A stretch of DNA of 32,853 nt, from positions 1-32,853 of the IMG/VR virus record IMGVR_UViG_3300012953_007301. One strand, written 5' to 3'. The translations under genes and the position numbers were made by a program. Source of the DNA: a virus. Its lineage: Duplodnaviria; Caudoviricetes. The notes under the pieces are model-generated. The model saw only the letters and a program-made list of their open reading frames with translations. It did not search any database and had not been told where the DNA came from. Below, one piece after another: positions 25,801 through 32,853 of the stretch (position 1 is the stretch's first letter; every line of letters begins with the position of its first letter).

Positions 25801-26159
25801 CAACGCTCAAAGCCGGTTTTGTGGCCAAAGGGATCGGAAATTTTGATCATGTCGCCGCGGGGTTTACGAACCATGGAGACTCAGGAACCGGGACCAATCC
25901 GTCCACGGTCACCACGAAGGCATGGATTTATGCTAAGAACACCGGTGCCAGCAGCCGAGCAGAACTGTGGGTTAAGGACGGAAATGGCAACACCACCAAC
26001 ATATCTCCACACAATGAAGAAGGGGAATGGGAATATTTTTCTAGAAATACAAAAACCGGAAAACATGTTCGGGTCAATATGGAAAAAATGATTCGCAAGC
26101 TCGAAGAGGTTACCGGTGAATCTTTCATGGAAGAATGGTATGAGGATCCTGAAGAATAA
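22818..26159 (+). CDS. Second long tail fibre-like protein (1113 aa)
   Basis: Repeated GDLTVSGNDI-type shaft motif, repeated (I/L)G.I.(F/W) knob-like modules, C-terminal ELWVKDGNGNTTNISPH...VNMEKMIRKLEEVTG. Confidence 0.8.
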   Translation: MPIYTSDVKKTGDAEVHHAGTGATINNKFVFVGSGNNGVQARSNIAFTLGETGEAVPTGTDAYVVSLTNGELKLNSGNAVASGKVVTISFWGIAAGLNKDAGKGFTAVSEDTPEDGDNLVVQTAASSDSSFSSPSAVPVKWKKSTTTLDPAAFSDLTVNGTIQGAVGDWARYSGGAQNENADGALKLAAYKITFKTAASNLIRLNSIGGSNGADHKFLYDLKVIIEDHDDETTSKVASRESLTLQIDKDSTSHPSTAKFSFVAGDAATEVANIDESGGMTIAGDLTVSGNDIQGSAGGTAITFDGSGRTEIVNDLTVSGALIPSSVIGCANKSGNNQAGQALTIKGGAGTGTGVGGSVVIQVADGGTSGTSVNSHATAVTIADDKKTTFAGNVSITGNIVDSLTVANDLTEFTSANTGDPLIRIKNTTNDAASARLQFFKDRNGAHGADDDVIGTILFTSEDSVGNGTNYSEITSDIRDSADGGETSRMTFKVAANTASPLYQGIQIRGSTVTVGKVDIDLGLHSSSLVTVAGDLQVTGNDIKQDDGTTCITLGTANSVTANGNVGIAGALHTAGPLTTGVSTQHKILGTLETGELKVLGAAKQVTLTGIDSVNFTTDEELFLLAFRNSEELSGANSHATGYIKLIATEGFSYANNNAGSRLEFWLNDIGTAAPKRKYLFGENELVIRQHSTDNTKIPKISLRYHKTDGIAAGDDIGQIEWYGSESANDDSEGRMGYIFVEASQAFTNSHRGAKMKFGVASDNASDATNKMVLDQGGNLQIDGDLTVSGNDINCDTFRGTGLYSTGALTLQAAQGLSMNLGADEEFEIKDDGVTKFTFDTDDTPSLDVVGDFTIAAIRRSGQTDGEILLNTGDAASASGSGVVRFGNMGSYPIIADVSGYVDNGSNTLSVNVNISAGADSHDSNARLAVGESSAGRQTDRGLPGRSSWYGHTFEYNNAQDKSFIYSYYGNSHKDLAMTIPLTQGTTPNITMEGTTTLKAGFVAKGIGNFDHVAAGFTNHGDSGTGTNPSTVTTKAWIYAKNTGASSRAELWVKDGNGNTTNISPHNEEGEWEYFSRNTKTGKHVRVNMEKMIRKLEEVTGESFMEEWYEDPEE
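23666..23773 (+). repeat. 18-bp exact direct repeat inside the fibre gene
   Basis: TGATTTGACTGTGAGCGG at 23666-23683 and 23756-23773, in frame (DLTVSG), 90 nt apart. Confidence 0.85.
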
Positions 26160-26305
26160 ATAATTTTAAAAAATTCTGTACATTCTAAAAAATACTCTTA
26201 CATATAGATCTGTAATTCAGTTAACAGTAATTCTGTAGATCTTTTATTATTAATATACTATTATTAAATTACTGGATCTATAGATCTATATAGAGAGGCT
26301 AACCG
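26160..26305. other. AT-rich intergenic region with four GATCT motifs and overlapping palindromes
   Basis: GATCT at 26207, 26238, 26275 and 26283; palindromes at 26275-26286, 26279-26290 and 26285-26294; longest non-coding gap in the window. Confidence 0.6.
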
Positions 26306-28198
26306 ATGGCAGAGACCCAAACCACAAAACAGAAACCTGAAATTATAATTGTTGCAGACTTCTACGCTAAAGACATTGCTGGTGGAGCTGAGTTAACCAC
26401 TCAGGCTCTTATTGATAGCGCTCCGGATAATATCAGTATTGCTGCCATTTATTCTCGAGATGTTACCATGGAGATGATGCAGAAGTATCACGACTGCTAC
26501 TGGATCTTCACTAACTTCTCAGGTATGAACCTCAACCTTATTCCTACCGCCGCGGCAAATCTGGATTATTCTATTATTGAATACGACTACAAATTCTGTA
26601 AGTTCAGGTCGATTGAAAAGCATCTCCACATTGAAGAGAAAGAGTGTGATTGTCATGATGAGATTCATGGTAAGATGATTTCAGCTTTCTTCTTGGGAGC
26701 CAAGAATATCTGGTGGATGTCAGAAGCACAGGAGCAAAGATATATTGACCGTTTTCCTTTTCTAGAAGAGTGTGAATCAGTAGTACTCAGCTCTGTTTTT
26801 GATGACAAGTTTTTTATTAGAGTCGCTGAACTCAATAATGAAGAAAAAGAGCGTTCGGGTTGGGTCGTTCTGGATTCGAGCAGCTGGATTAAGGGTACAG
26901 AGGATGCTGTTCAACATTGCGAAGAAAATGGACTGGACTATGAAAAGATTTCTGGTCTGAGTCATGATGAAGTTCTGCAAAAATTATCTTCTAGCGTCGG
27001 CTTAGTTTACCTCCCTCGCGGTGGAGACACATGCCCTCGACTAGTCATTGAGGCTAAGCTTCTTGGTTGTGAACTAGTTCTTAATGAGAATGTTCAGCAC
27101 AAGGATGAAATCTGGTTTGATACGGATGACTCCCTGGACACCAACTCTTATCTTTTTGCCGCGCGTGAGAGATTCTGGAACGGTATCATCTCAAAGATGA
27201 ATTGGAAGCCAACAATATCAGGATACACAACTGTGTATAATTGCATTGATAACGAGTATCCATGGGAAAAATCCATTGAGTCCATGTTGGGGTTCTGTGA
27301 TGAGGTTGTTGTTGTCGATAGCGGTTCAACTGACGGTACATGGGAAAAGCTTACCGCAATGTCTAAAGATGAACCGCGGCTAGTTATTGAGCAAAATTCC
27401 ATCGATTGGGATCATCCACGTTTCGCCTATCATAGTGATGGCATGCAGAAAGCATATGCGCGCTCAAAATGCACTTCGGAATATTGCTGGCAAATGGACA
27501 GCGACGAATTTGTACTCCCTAGGGATTACGAGAAAATACACGACCTTGTCAAACGCTTTCCAAAACTCTCTGATCTTGTTGCTCTTCCAGTTGTTGAATT
27601 CTGGGGCGGTTATGACAAAGTAAGGGTGGACGTCAATCCATGGAAGTGGAGGGTATCGAAAAATACCCCAAACATAACCCATGGCATCCCTCTAGAGCTC
27701 AGAAGGGAGGATGAGGATGGAAACCTATATACAGCACCTGGTAGTGACACATGTGACTATATTCATCCTGAGAACTTTAAGAGAATAAAGTTTTTAGCTT
27801 TTTACTCTGAGGAAGTTGAGGAGCAACGTCGTAATGCTCTTATGGGAAGTGCAGAGAGCCTACAAAAATTCCAGGAGTGGATGTCGACAGCTATCGAGAG
27901 CGTCCCGACAGTTTACCACATGTCATGGTTTGATCTGGAAAGAAAAATAAGACTTTACAAGAACTACTGGTCTAAATTCTGGCAGTCGCAATATAACACG
28001 CCACAAGAGGACACCCCTGAGAACAATATGTTCTTTGATAAAAAGTGGTCAGACGTTACCGACGATGAAATGAAAGCTCTGGCATCTCGGTTAGGAGCAG
28101 AAATGGGCGGCTGGATATTCCATAACAAAATTGACTGGGAAGCCAAAACTCCTCATATCACTCTAGGGCACGGTTGTAAAGAATTCTTGGAGGGCTAA
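26306..28198 (+). CDS. Two-domain glycosyltransferase (N-terminal GT-B/GT4-like, C-terminal GT2)
   Basis: N-half GGAE, KG, DTCPRLVIEAKLLGC; C-half ISGYTTVYN, DEVVVVDSGSTDGT, WQMDSDE. Confidence 0.82.
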   Translation: MAETQTTKQKPEIIIVADFYAKDIAGGAELTTQALIDSAPDNISIAAIYSRDVTMEMMQKYHDCYWIFTNFSGMNLNLIPTAAANLDYSIIEYDYKFCKFRSIEKHLHIEEKECDCHDEIHGKMISAFFLGAKNIWWMSEAQEQRYIDRFPFLEECESVVLSSVFDDKFFIRVAELNNEEKERSGWVVLDSSSWIKGTEDAVQHCEENGLDYEKISGLSHDEVLQKLSSSVGLVYLPRGGDTCPRLVIEAKLLGCELVLNENVQHKDEIWFDTDDSLDTNSYLFAARERFWNGIISKMNWKPTISGYTTVYNCIDNEYPWEKSIESMLGFCDEVVVVDSGSTDGTWEKLTAMSKDEPRLVIEQNSIDWDHPRFAYHSDGMQKAYARSKCTSEYCWQMDSDEFVLPRDYEKIHDLVKRFPKLSDLVALPVVEFWGGYDKVRVDVNPWKWRVSKNTPNITHGIPLELRREDEDGNLYTAPGSDTCDYIHPENFKRIKFLAFYSEEVEEQRRNALMGSAESLQKFQEWMSTAIESVPTVYHMSWFDLERKIRLYKNYWSKFWQSQYNTPQEDTPENNMFFDKKWSDVTDDEMKALASRLGAEMGGWIFHNKIDWEAKTPHITLGHGCKEFLEG

Positions 28199-28199
28199 A

Positions 28200-28910
28200 T
28201 TGCCTAAAGTATCTGTTGTGATACCTGTTAAAGATTGTGCTAGCACAATTGAGAAATCAATAAGCTCGGTTTTAGAGCAGACATATGAAGACTTTGAAGT
28301 TATAGTCGTTGATAATCTTTGTGAAGACGAAACAATATCTAAAGTCAAAGCTTTTAAAGATACCCGTATAAAAATAATTCAGTGTAATACACCTGGTATT
28401 GTTCCGGCTCTAAACACAGGTCTTCAAAATGCGTCCTGTCCTCTGATCGCTAGACAAGACGGTGACGACTTTTGGTATCCGGAAAAGCTGGAAAAGCAAG
28501 TTAATCTTCTAGAATCCAATCTCGAGATTGATATTTGTGGTACACAAATACGATTAATGAACCCTGACGGATCTGTCAAAGACGATTCGTTTAGATATCC
28601 GACAGAAGATATACCTATGAAATCTTGGCTACTGACCGGACGAAATTCTTTAGCTCATCCGTCTGTGGTTTTTAGAAAATCCATTCTTTTGCGTACTGGT
28701 GGATATGATGATACATATCCGATTGCCGAAGATCATCACCTTTGGCTAAGATGCATCAGGTGGTTCAACTTTTGTAATATTGACGAAGTCTTATTAGATT
28801 ATAATTCTAATCACAATCCTAAGTATGATCCCATGTATCCTAAGCTAGCCTCAGAATCACAATTCAGAACACTTCAGCACATGGGCATGGTAGGTGTAAG
28901 AAAGGACTAA
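28200..28910 (+). CDS. GT2 glycosyltransferase
   Basis: KVSVVIPV, SVLEQTYEDFEVIVVD, ALNTGL, ARQDGDD, HPSV, AEDHHLWLR; TTG start. Confidence 0.9.
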   Translation: MPKVSVVIPVKDCASTIEKSISSVLEQTYEDFEVIVVDNLCEDETISKVKAFKDTRIKIIQCNTPGIVPALNTGLQNASCPLIARQDGDDFWYPEKLEKQVNLLESNLEIDICGTQIRLMNPDGSVKDDSFRYPTEDIPMKSWLLTGRNSLAHPSVVFRKSILLRTGGYDDTYPIAEDHHLWLRCIRWFNFCNIDEVLLDYNSNHNPKYDPMYPKLASESQFRTLQHMGMVGVRKD

Positions 28911-28911
28911 T

Positions 28912-29682
28912 ATGATAACTTATTCCCAATTAGGAAATATGGGCCGATTAGGAAACCAGATATTCCAATACAGTGCTCTGTATGGAATAGGTTTCTTAAG
29001 GGGGTTTGAGATAGGGGTTCCAGACAATCCAGAACTAGAGCTTTTTAAAACATTCAAAATTTCCTCTGCAAACAGGATAAAAGAATCAAAAGCAAAAAGA
29101 GTATATCCAGAGCCTGGGTTTGCGTTTAACCCAAACGTCTGGTTAGTGGAGGATGACACAAACTTGCATGGATACTTTCAGTCTCCTTTTTACTGGTTAA
29201 ATTGCGCCCAAAATCTTTTAGAAGAACTCGAGTTTCATGACCATATAGTTAAAGAGGGACAACAGTGGCTCATCGACAACGGTTTAGACGGTAAACCTCT
29301 TTGCTCGACACATGTCCGGAGAGGCGATTACAAGAATTTACCTGACTACCACACTAACTTAGGAATGGAGTATTACAATAAAGCTCATCAAGCGATAAAC
29401 GATAATGTCGAACACGAGTTAGCCAACCTAGTTTTTAGTGATGATCCAGATTGGTGCGAACAAAATTTTCCTGGATTTATTATCGTAAGAGGCAACTCAC
29501 CACAAGTCGATTTATATTTGATGTCCAGGTGTCATGTTCATATTATGGCTAATTCTTCTTTTTCCTGGTGGGGCGCATTTTTAAGTTTATCGCAAGCCGT
29601 CATTGCTCCGAAGGACTGGTTTGGACCAGAAGGCCCGAACAAATGGGATTCTATTTACATGCCTCACTGGAACAGATTATGA
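28912..29682 (+). CDS. GT11 alpha-1,2-fucosyltransferase-like protein
   Basis: GRLGNQIFQY, GYFQS, HVRRGDY, FSDD, ANSSFSWWGA, APKDWF. Confidence 0.9.
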   Translation: MITYSQLGNMGRLGNQIFQYSALYGIGFLRGFEIGVPDNPELELFKTFKISSANRIKESKAKRVYPEPGFAFNPNVWLVEDDTNLHGYFQSPFYWLNCAQNLLEELEFHDHIVKEGQQWLIDNGLDGKPLCSTHVRRGDYKNLPDYHTNLGMEYYNKAHQAINDNVEHELANLVFSDDPDWCEQNFPGFIIVRGNSPQVDLYLMSRCHVHIMANSSFSWWGAFLSLSQAVIAPKDWFGPEGPNKWDSIYMPHWNRL

Positions 29683-30410
29683 AGGTTGCAATAACGTTTA
29701 TCGGTACCTCAAAGTACGCTAATTTTTTTGATGGCTTTAAAAAAGCAGTCGATCAGTATTTTTTGAGTGAATGTGATAAGACATTTTTTGTATTCACAGA
29801 TCAACCAGAAAACCAATTATTCAATAAAGATGATGTTGTAACCACAAAGATCCAGCATCGAGACTGGCCATGGGTGACCCTGCACCGCTTTAAAAACATG
29901 TGTATGGTTATAGATCAGTTAGCTGAGTTTGATTATGTTTTTTTTATAGACGCCGACCTCTGGCCATGCAGTGATATAGCATTTGACGAAATATTGGGTC
30001 ATGGTATGCCATTAGTGGGAGTTCAACATCCAGGTTTTGTTGGAAAGATAGGTACCTTTGAAACAGACTCCAGATCTACAGCTAATATTTTTGACGGAAA
30101 CTATAACGTGAAAGTTTATCGTCAAGGATGTTTCTGGGGCGGAAGTTCAAATAACATTATTGAGATGATAAAAACAATCGACTCCAGAATAGACGAAGAC
30201 ACCAGTAATGACATAATGGCTGTATGGCATGATGAGTCGCACATGAACAAATATTTTTTAGAAAATAACGATAACGTTTTTACTCTTCATCCAGGTTTCG
30301 CCACCCCGCAGGAAGGTTATGAAGAAGTAAAAAAGAATTACCCGTCAAAGATGGTTCATCTTCATAAAGACTTATCAGAGTTTCCTAGGTTTGAAGGTAT
30401 CGGAAGATGA
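29679..30410 (+). CDS. GT6 (ABO/alpha-1,3-Gal/GalNAc transferase family) protein
   Basis: FIGTSKY, FVFTD, WPWVTLHRF, FDYVFFIDAD, HPGF, FWGG, WHDESHMNKYF. Start moved to ATG 29679 (ATGA overlap). Confidence 0.88.
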   Translation: MKVAITFIGTSKYANFFDGFKKAVDQYFLSECDKTFFVFTDQPENQLFNKDDVVTTKIQHRDWPWVTLHRFKNMCMVIDQLAEFDYVFFIDADLWPCSDIAFDEILGHGMPLVGVQHPGFVGKIGTFETDSRSTANIFDGNYNVKVYRQGCFWGGSSNNIIEMIKTIDSRIDEDTSNDIMAVWHDESHMNKYFLENNDNVFTLHPGFATPQEGYEEVKKNYPSKMVHLHKDLSEFPRFEGIGR

Positions 30411-31360
30411 GAATTTGTATGATTTCAGGTGGGCACCTTCCAATACCAGCTGCCGGTTGGGGCGGAGTCGAGGTACTGATCACCAACTATTTTAAAGAGC
30501 TTTGTAATCTTAATCATGAAGTGCTGATTTGCAATACAGCGAATTTAGATAAGGTTATAGAAGTCGTAAATGAGTGGGTCCCTGATTTTGTACACTTACA
30601 TTATGATCAGTATTCTTCTTTGATGTCTAGAATAGACTGCCCAAGAAAGGCTATAACTAGTCATTATCCGTACATAGATTATCCAGATATCGCCGAGGAT
30701 GATGGGTATTCCTGGATATACAGCGAGCTAATAAAACAAAAAGATTGTCACATATTCGGATTATCTGATTTGAATAAGAAAGTTTTTTTTGATAAAGGTG
30801 CTGAGAAATACCGATTGAGAAAATGGTCATACGGTATTCCGCATACAGATTTCAGGTTTACAGATTATCCTAATAAAGAAGGCAAGACAATCTGCTTAGG
30901 TAAAATAGAGCCTCGCAAGAAACAAACGTTCCTACAATCTTGTTCTCAAGATATAGACTTTGCCGGACCACTAGCAGATAATAGTTTTGACAGTTCTGCA
31001 GCTAGCTACTTGGGCGTTTGGAGCAGAGATCAAGTTCATAATAATCTGACAGATTATGCGAACATGGTATTGTTTAGCGATGGAGAGTCAGCTCCTCAAG
31101 TTGTTTACGAAGCCCTCATGGCTGGGTGTGGTCTGGTAGTTTCAAAAGAGGCCAGCGCTAACCTGGACGACTCCTTACCTTTTATCACTGTTCTGGATAT
31201 AGGGTGTAGTAATAAAGACATAGACGATGCAATTGCTCAAAACAAAGAAGTGTCTTTGAGCTGTCGCCAAGAAATAAGAGAATATGGGTTGCTTAATTTT
31301 TCTATAGAGTCGTGTGTTAAGAAATATGTAGACATGATAGAACAGCTAGAGACGCCATAG
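30407..31360 (+). CDS. GT4-like (GT-B) glycosyltransferase
   Basis: IPAAGWGGVE, LGKIEPRKKQ, FSDGESAPQVVYEALMAG (E-x7-E). Confidence 0.85.
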   Translation: MRICMISGGHLPIPAAGWGGVEVLITNYFKELCNLNHEVLICNTANLDKVIEVVNEWVPDFVHLHYDQYSSLMSRIDCPRKAITSHYPYIDYPDIAEDDGYSWIYSELIKQKDCHIFGLSDLNKKVFFDKGAEKYRLRKWSYGIPHTDFRFTDYPNKEGKTICLGKIEPRKKQTFLQSCSQDIDFAGPLADNSFDSSAASYLGVWSRDQVHNNLTDYANMVLFSDGESAPQVVYEALMAGCGLVVSKEASANLDDSLPFITVLDIGCSNKDIDDAIAQNKEVSLSCRQEIREYGLLNFSIESCVKKYVDMIEQLETP

Positions 31361-32319
31361 TGATTATAGCCAAGTGTCCCCTACGTGTATCTGTCGCCGG
31401 CGGGTCAACAGATCTACAGACGTTTATTGATAACCATGGCCGCGGCGCAGTCGTATCATTTTCTATTAATCTGTACACGTACATCACGCTATTTAGGGAT
31501 CGTTTCGGACAAAATTCTGTTGATAAAAGATATAACATAGTGTGGAGTCAGAAAGAAAGTGTTAAACGTCCTTCTGAAATTAAAAATGACATTGCTCGTG
31601 TTGTGATTCAATCGATGAGTGAAGACCCATTGCAGTGCTGGTTCACTGCTGACGTCTCTTCATCTGGTTCTGGTTTAGCTTCCTCATCTTCCTATATGGT
31701 AGCGTTGGTTTCTGCTATAAATTCTCTAGAGAGTTGTGGCTTGACAAAAAGACAAATTATTGAAAAGTCATGGAAACTAGAAAAAATAATAAATCCGTTG
31801 ACGGGATTCCAGGACCCATGGGGCGTTGCTACCGGTGGCCTAAACTTTCATGAGCTCAAAAAAGGCTCAACTGTAGATTCAATAAATTTAGATTCGTCCT
31901 TGTTTCGCGGATTTAATATGTACTTGTTACCAACAAAATTTTCCAGATCATCCACTCAGGTTTTGGAAAAGGTCCAGAAAAAAGTAGATAAAAAATTGCT
32001 GGATCATGCTGACGAAATGAAGTCAGCGATAAACGATTGTGACAATGACAAATTTATCGAAATAATAAAGGAAGGCTGGTCGGTAAAGAAGAATTCTACC
32101 CCGATCATCTTGGGTAATAAAGACTTAGTTGACCTTGATATGAAAATAGGATCAACAAAATATGTGAAAGCCCACCGATTAATCGGCGCTGGAAACGGTG
32201 GCTATTTTCTTTTATTCACTAGTAAGAATGTTAAAACATCCTTAATAGAATCAGACTTTTCTAGAACTGTAATTCCTATAGACATTGAGTATAATGGTAT
32301 TAGTGTTTTGAACTATTAG
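31360..32319 (+). CDS. hddA: GHMP kinase, D-glycero-alpha-D-manno-heptose-7-phosphate kinase-like
   Basis: PLRVSVAGGSTD, GSGLASSSS, GFQD, GAGNGG; adjacent to a GmhA-like gene. Confidence 0.82.
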   Translation: MIIAKCPLRVSVAGGSTDLQTFIDNHGRGAVVSFSINLYTYITLFRDRFGQNSVDKRYNIVWSQKESVKRPSEIKNDIARVVIQSMSEDPLQCWFTADVSSSGSGLASSSSYMVALVSAINSLESCGLTKRQIIEKSWKLEKIINPLTGFQDPWGVATGGLNFHELKKGSTVDSINLDSSLFRGFNMYLLPTKFSRSSTQVLEKVQKKVDKKLLDHADEMKSAINDCDNDKFIEIIKEGWSVKKNSTPIILGNKDLVDLDMKIGSTKYVKAHRLIGAGNGGYFLLFTSKNVKTSLIESDFSRTVIPIDIEYNGISVLNY

Positions 32320-32327
32320 GATGTAAA

Positions 32328-32828
32328 GTGGATCTAGATCTTTTATCAAAGATGATCAGTAATATCGATAGGAGAAAGGTGAGCGCTTTGTCTTCCCTGC
32401 TGAAAGGTAGGGATATGATTTATCTGATAGGAAACGGCGGTTCAAATTCTATATGCTCTCATTTATCTCAAGACTATACAAAGGCTCTTGGATTAAGGGC
32501 GCAGTGTTTTTCTGACGCTTCTAGATTAACATGTTATATTAACGACTACGGTCGCGACCAAGCCTACGCAAAATTTTTAGAGCACTTTACAACCAGCTCG
32601 AGCTTGGTAATACTGATATCTTCTTCTGGAAACTCTAGAAATATTGTAAGTTGTGCAGAGTTTTGTCAGAAAAAAAAGGTACCATTTATAATATTAACCG
32701 GATTTGATGTTGACAACGACCTAAGATCTAGGTTTTCTAACATAGCTTTACTGGACTTCCACGTTCCTTCTAAAGATTACGGTATAGTTGAGAATACACA
32801 CTCCATATTTCTACACGCGGTGATATAA
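32328..32828 (+). CDS. gmhA: SIS-domain phosphoheptose isomerase-like protein
   Basis: IGNGGS, NDYG, ISSSGNSRNI, LTGF, YGIVENTH. Confidence 0.82.
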   Translation: MDLDLLSKMISNIDRRKVSALSSLLKGRDMIYLIGNGGSNSICSHLSQDYTKALGLRAQCFSDASRLTCYINDYGRDQAYAKFLEHFTTSSSLVILISSSGNSRNIVSCAEFCQKKKVPFIILTGFDVDNDLRSRFSNIALLDFHVPSKDYGIVENTHSIFLHAVI

Positions 32829-32853
32829 TGATTTATTGTTTTGATATAGATGG
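32828..32853 (+). CDS. Start of a HAD-superfamily phosphatase, truncated by the window edge
   Basis: TAATG overlap; reads MIYCFDIDG, HAD motif I DxDG. Confidence 0.6.

Noticed and set aside
18051-26159. Diversity-generating retroelement targeting the fibre tips
   Set aside because: No reverse transcriptase is present, and I saw no ~100-nt repeat pair differing at adenines within the window.
241-31538. Numerous short ORFs antisense to or nested in long genes in the supplied track (e.g. 241-552, 16619-17113, 19317-19907, 24224-24667)
   Set aside because: They are shadows of well-supported, tightly coupled genes and have no recognisable motifs.
1-32853. Stop-codon reassignment as in some large phages
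   Set aside because: TAA, TAG and TGA all end genes at coupled junctions, and conserved proteins are full length under the standard code.
1-32853. tRNA, rRNA, introns or inteins
   Set aside because: Only one gap exceeds about 80 nt and it is too AT-rich for a cloverleaf. The helicase, PrkA and PhoH are normal length with no visible insertions.

Overview
Gene-dense, mostly + strand, standard-code segment that is best explained as part of a large (jumbo, T4-like or related) tailed-phage genome rather than a host chromosome. No capsid, terminase or portal gene lies in the window, so this assignment is an inference. Four blocks are visible. (1) 1-5.3 kb: a tightly coupled array of small, mutually unrelated proteins that share an N-terminal leader MKITKRQLRRIIxEE containing (I/L)-x-E motifs. 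This is the top candidate novel system: a capsid-targeting, protease-cleavable tag on a library of packaged or injected cargo proteins, analogous to T4 internal proteins. (2) 5.3-17.4 kb: host-like auxiliary genes, namely a trypsin-like protease, DinG helicase, cupin, Nudix, a rearranged yeaH-spoVR-prkA trio, a degenerate GroEL-like protein lacking the GDGTT motif, a YkuK-like RNase H fold, Hc1 histone-like protein, a stand-alone sigma-70 region 4 protein and PIN-PhoH. (3) 17.4-26.2 kb: two small beta-rich proteins and two very large tail-fibre-like proteins. (4) 26.3-32.9 kb: after an AT-rich, GATCT-repeat, palindrome-rich gap, a glycosylation cluster (GT-B/GT2 fusion, GT2, GT11 fucosyltransferase-like, GT6 ABO-family transferase, GT4, HddA kinase, GmhA isomerase, start of a HAD enzyme). 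All family calls come from motifs recognised by eye; no searches were run.
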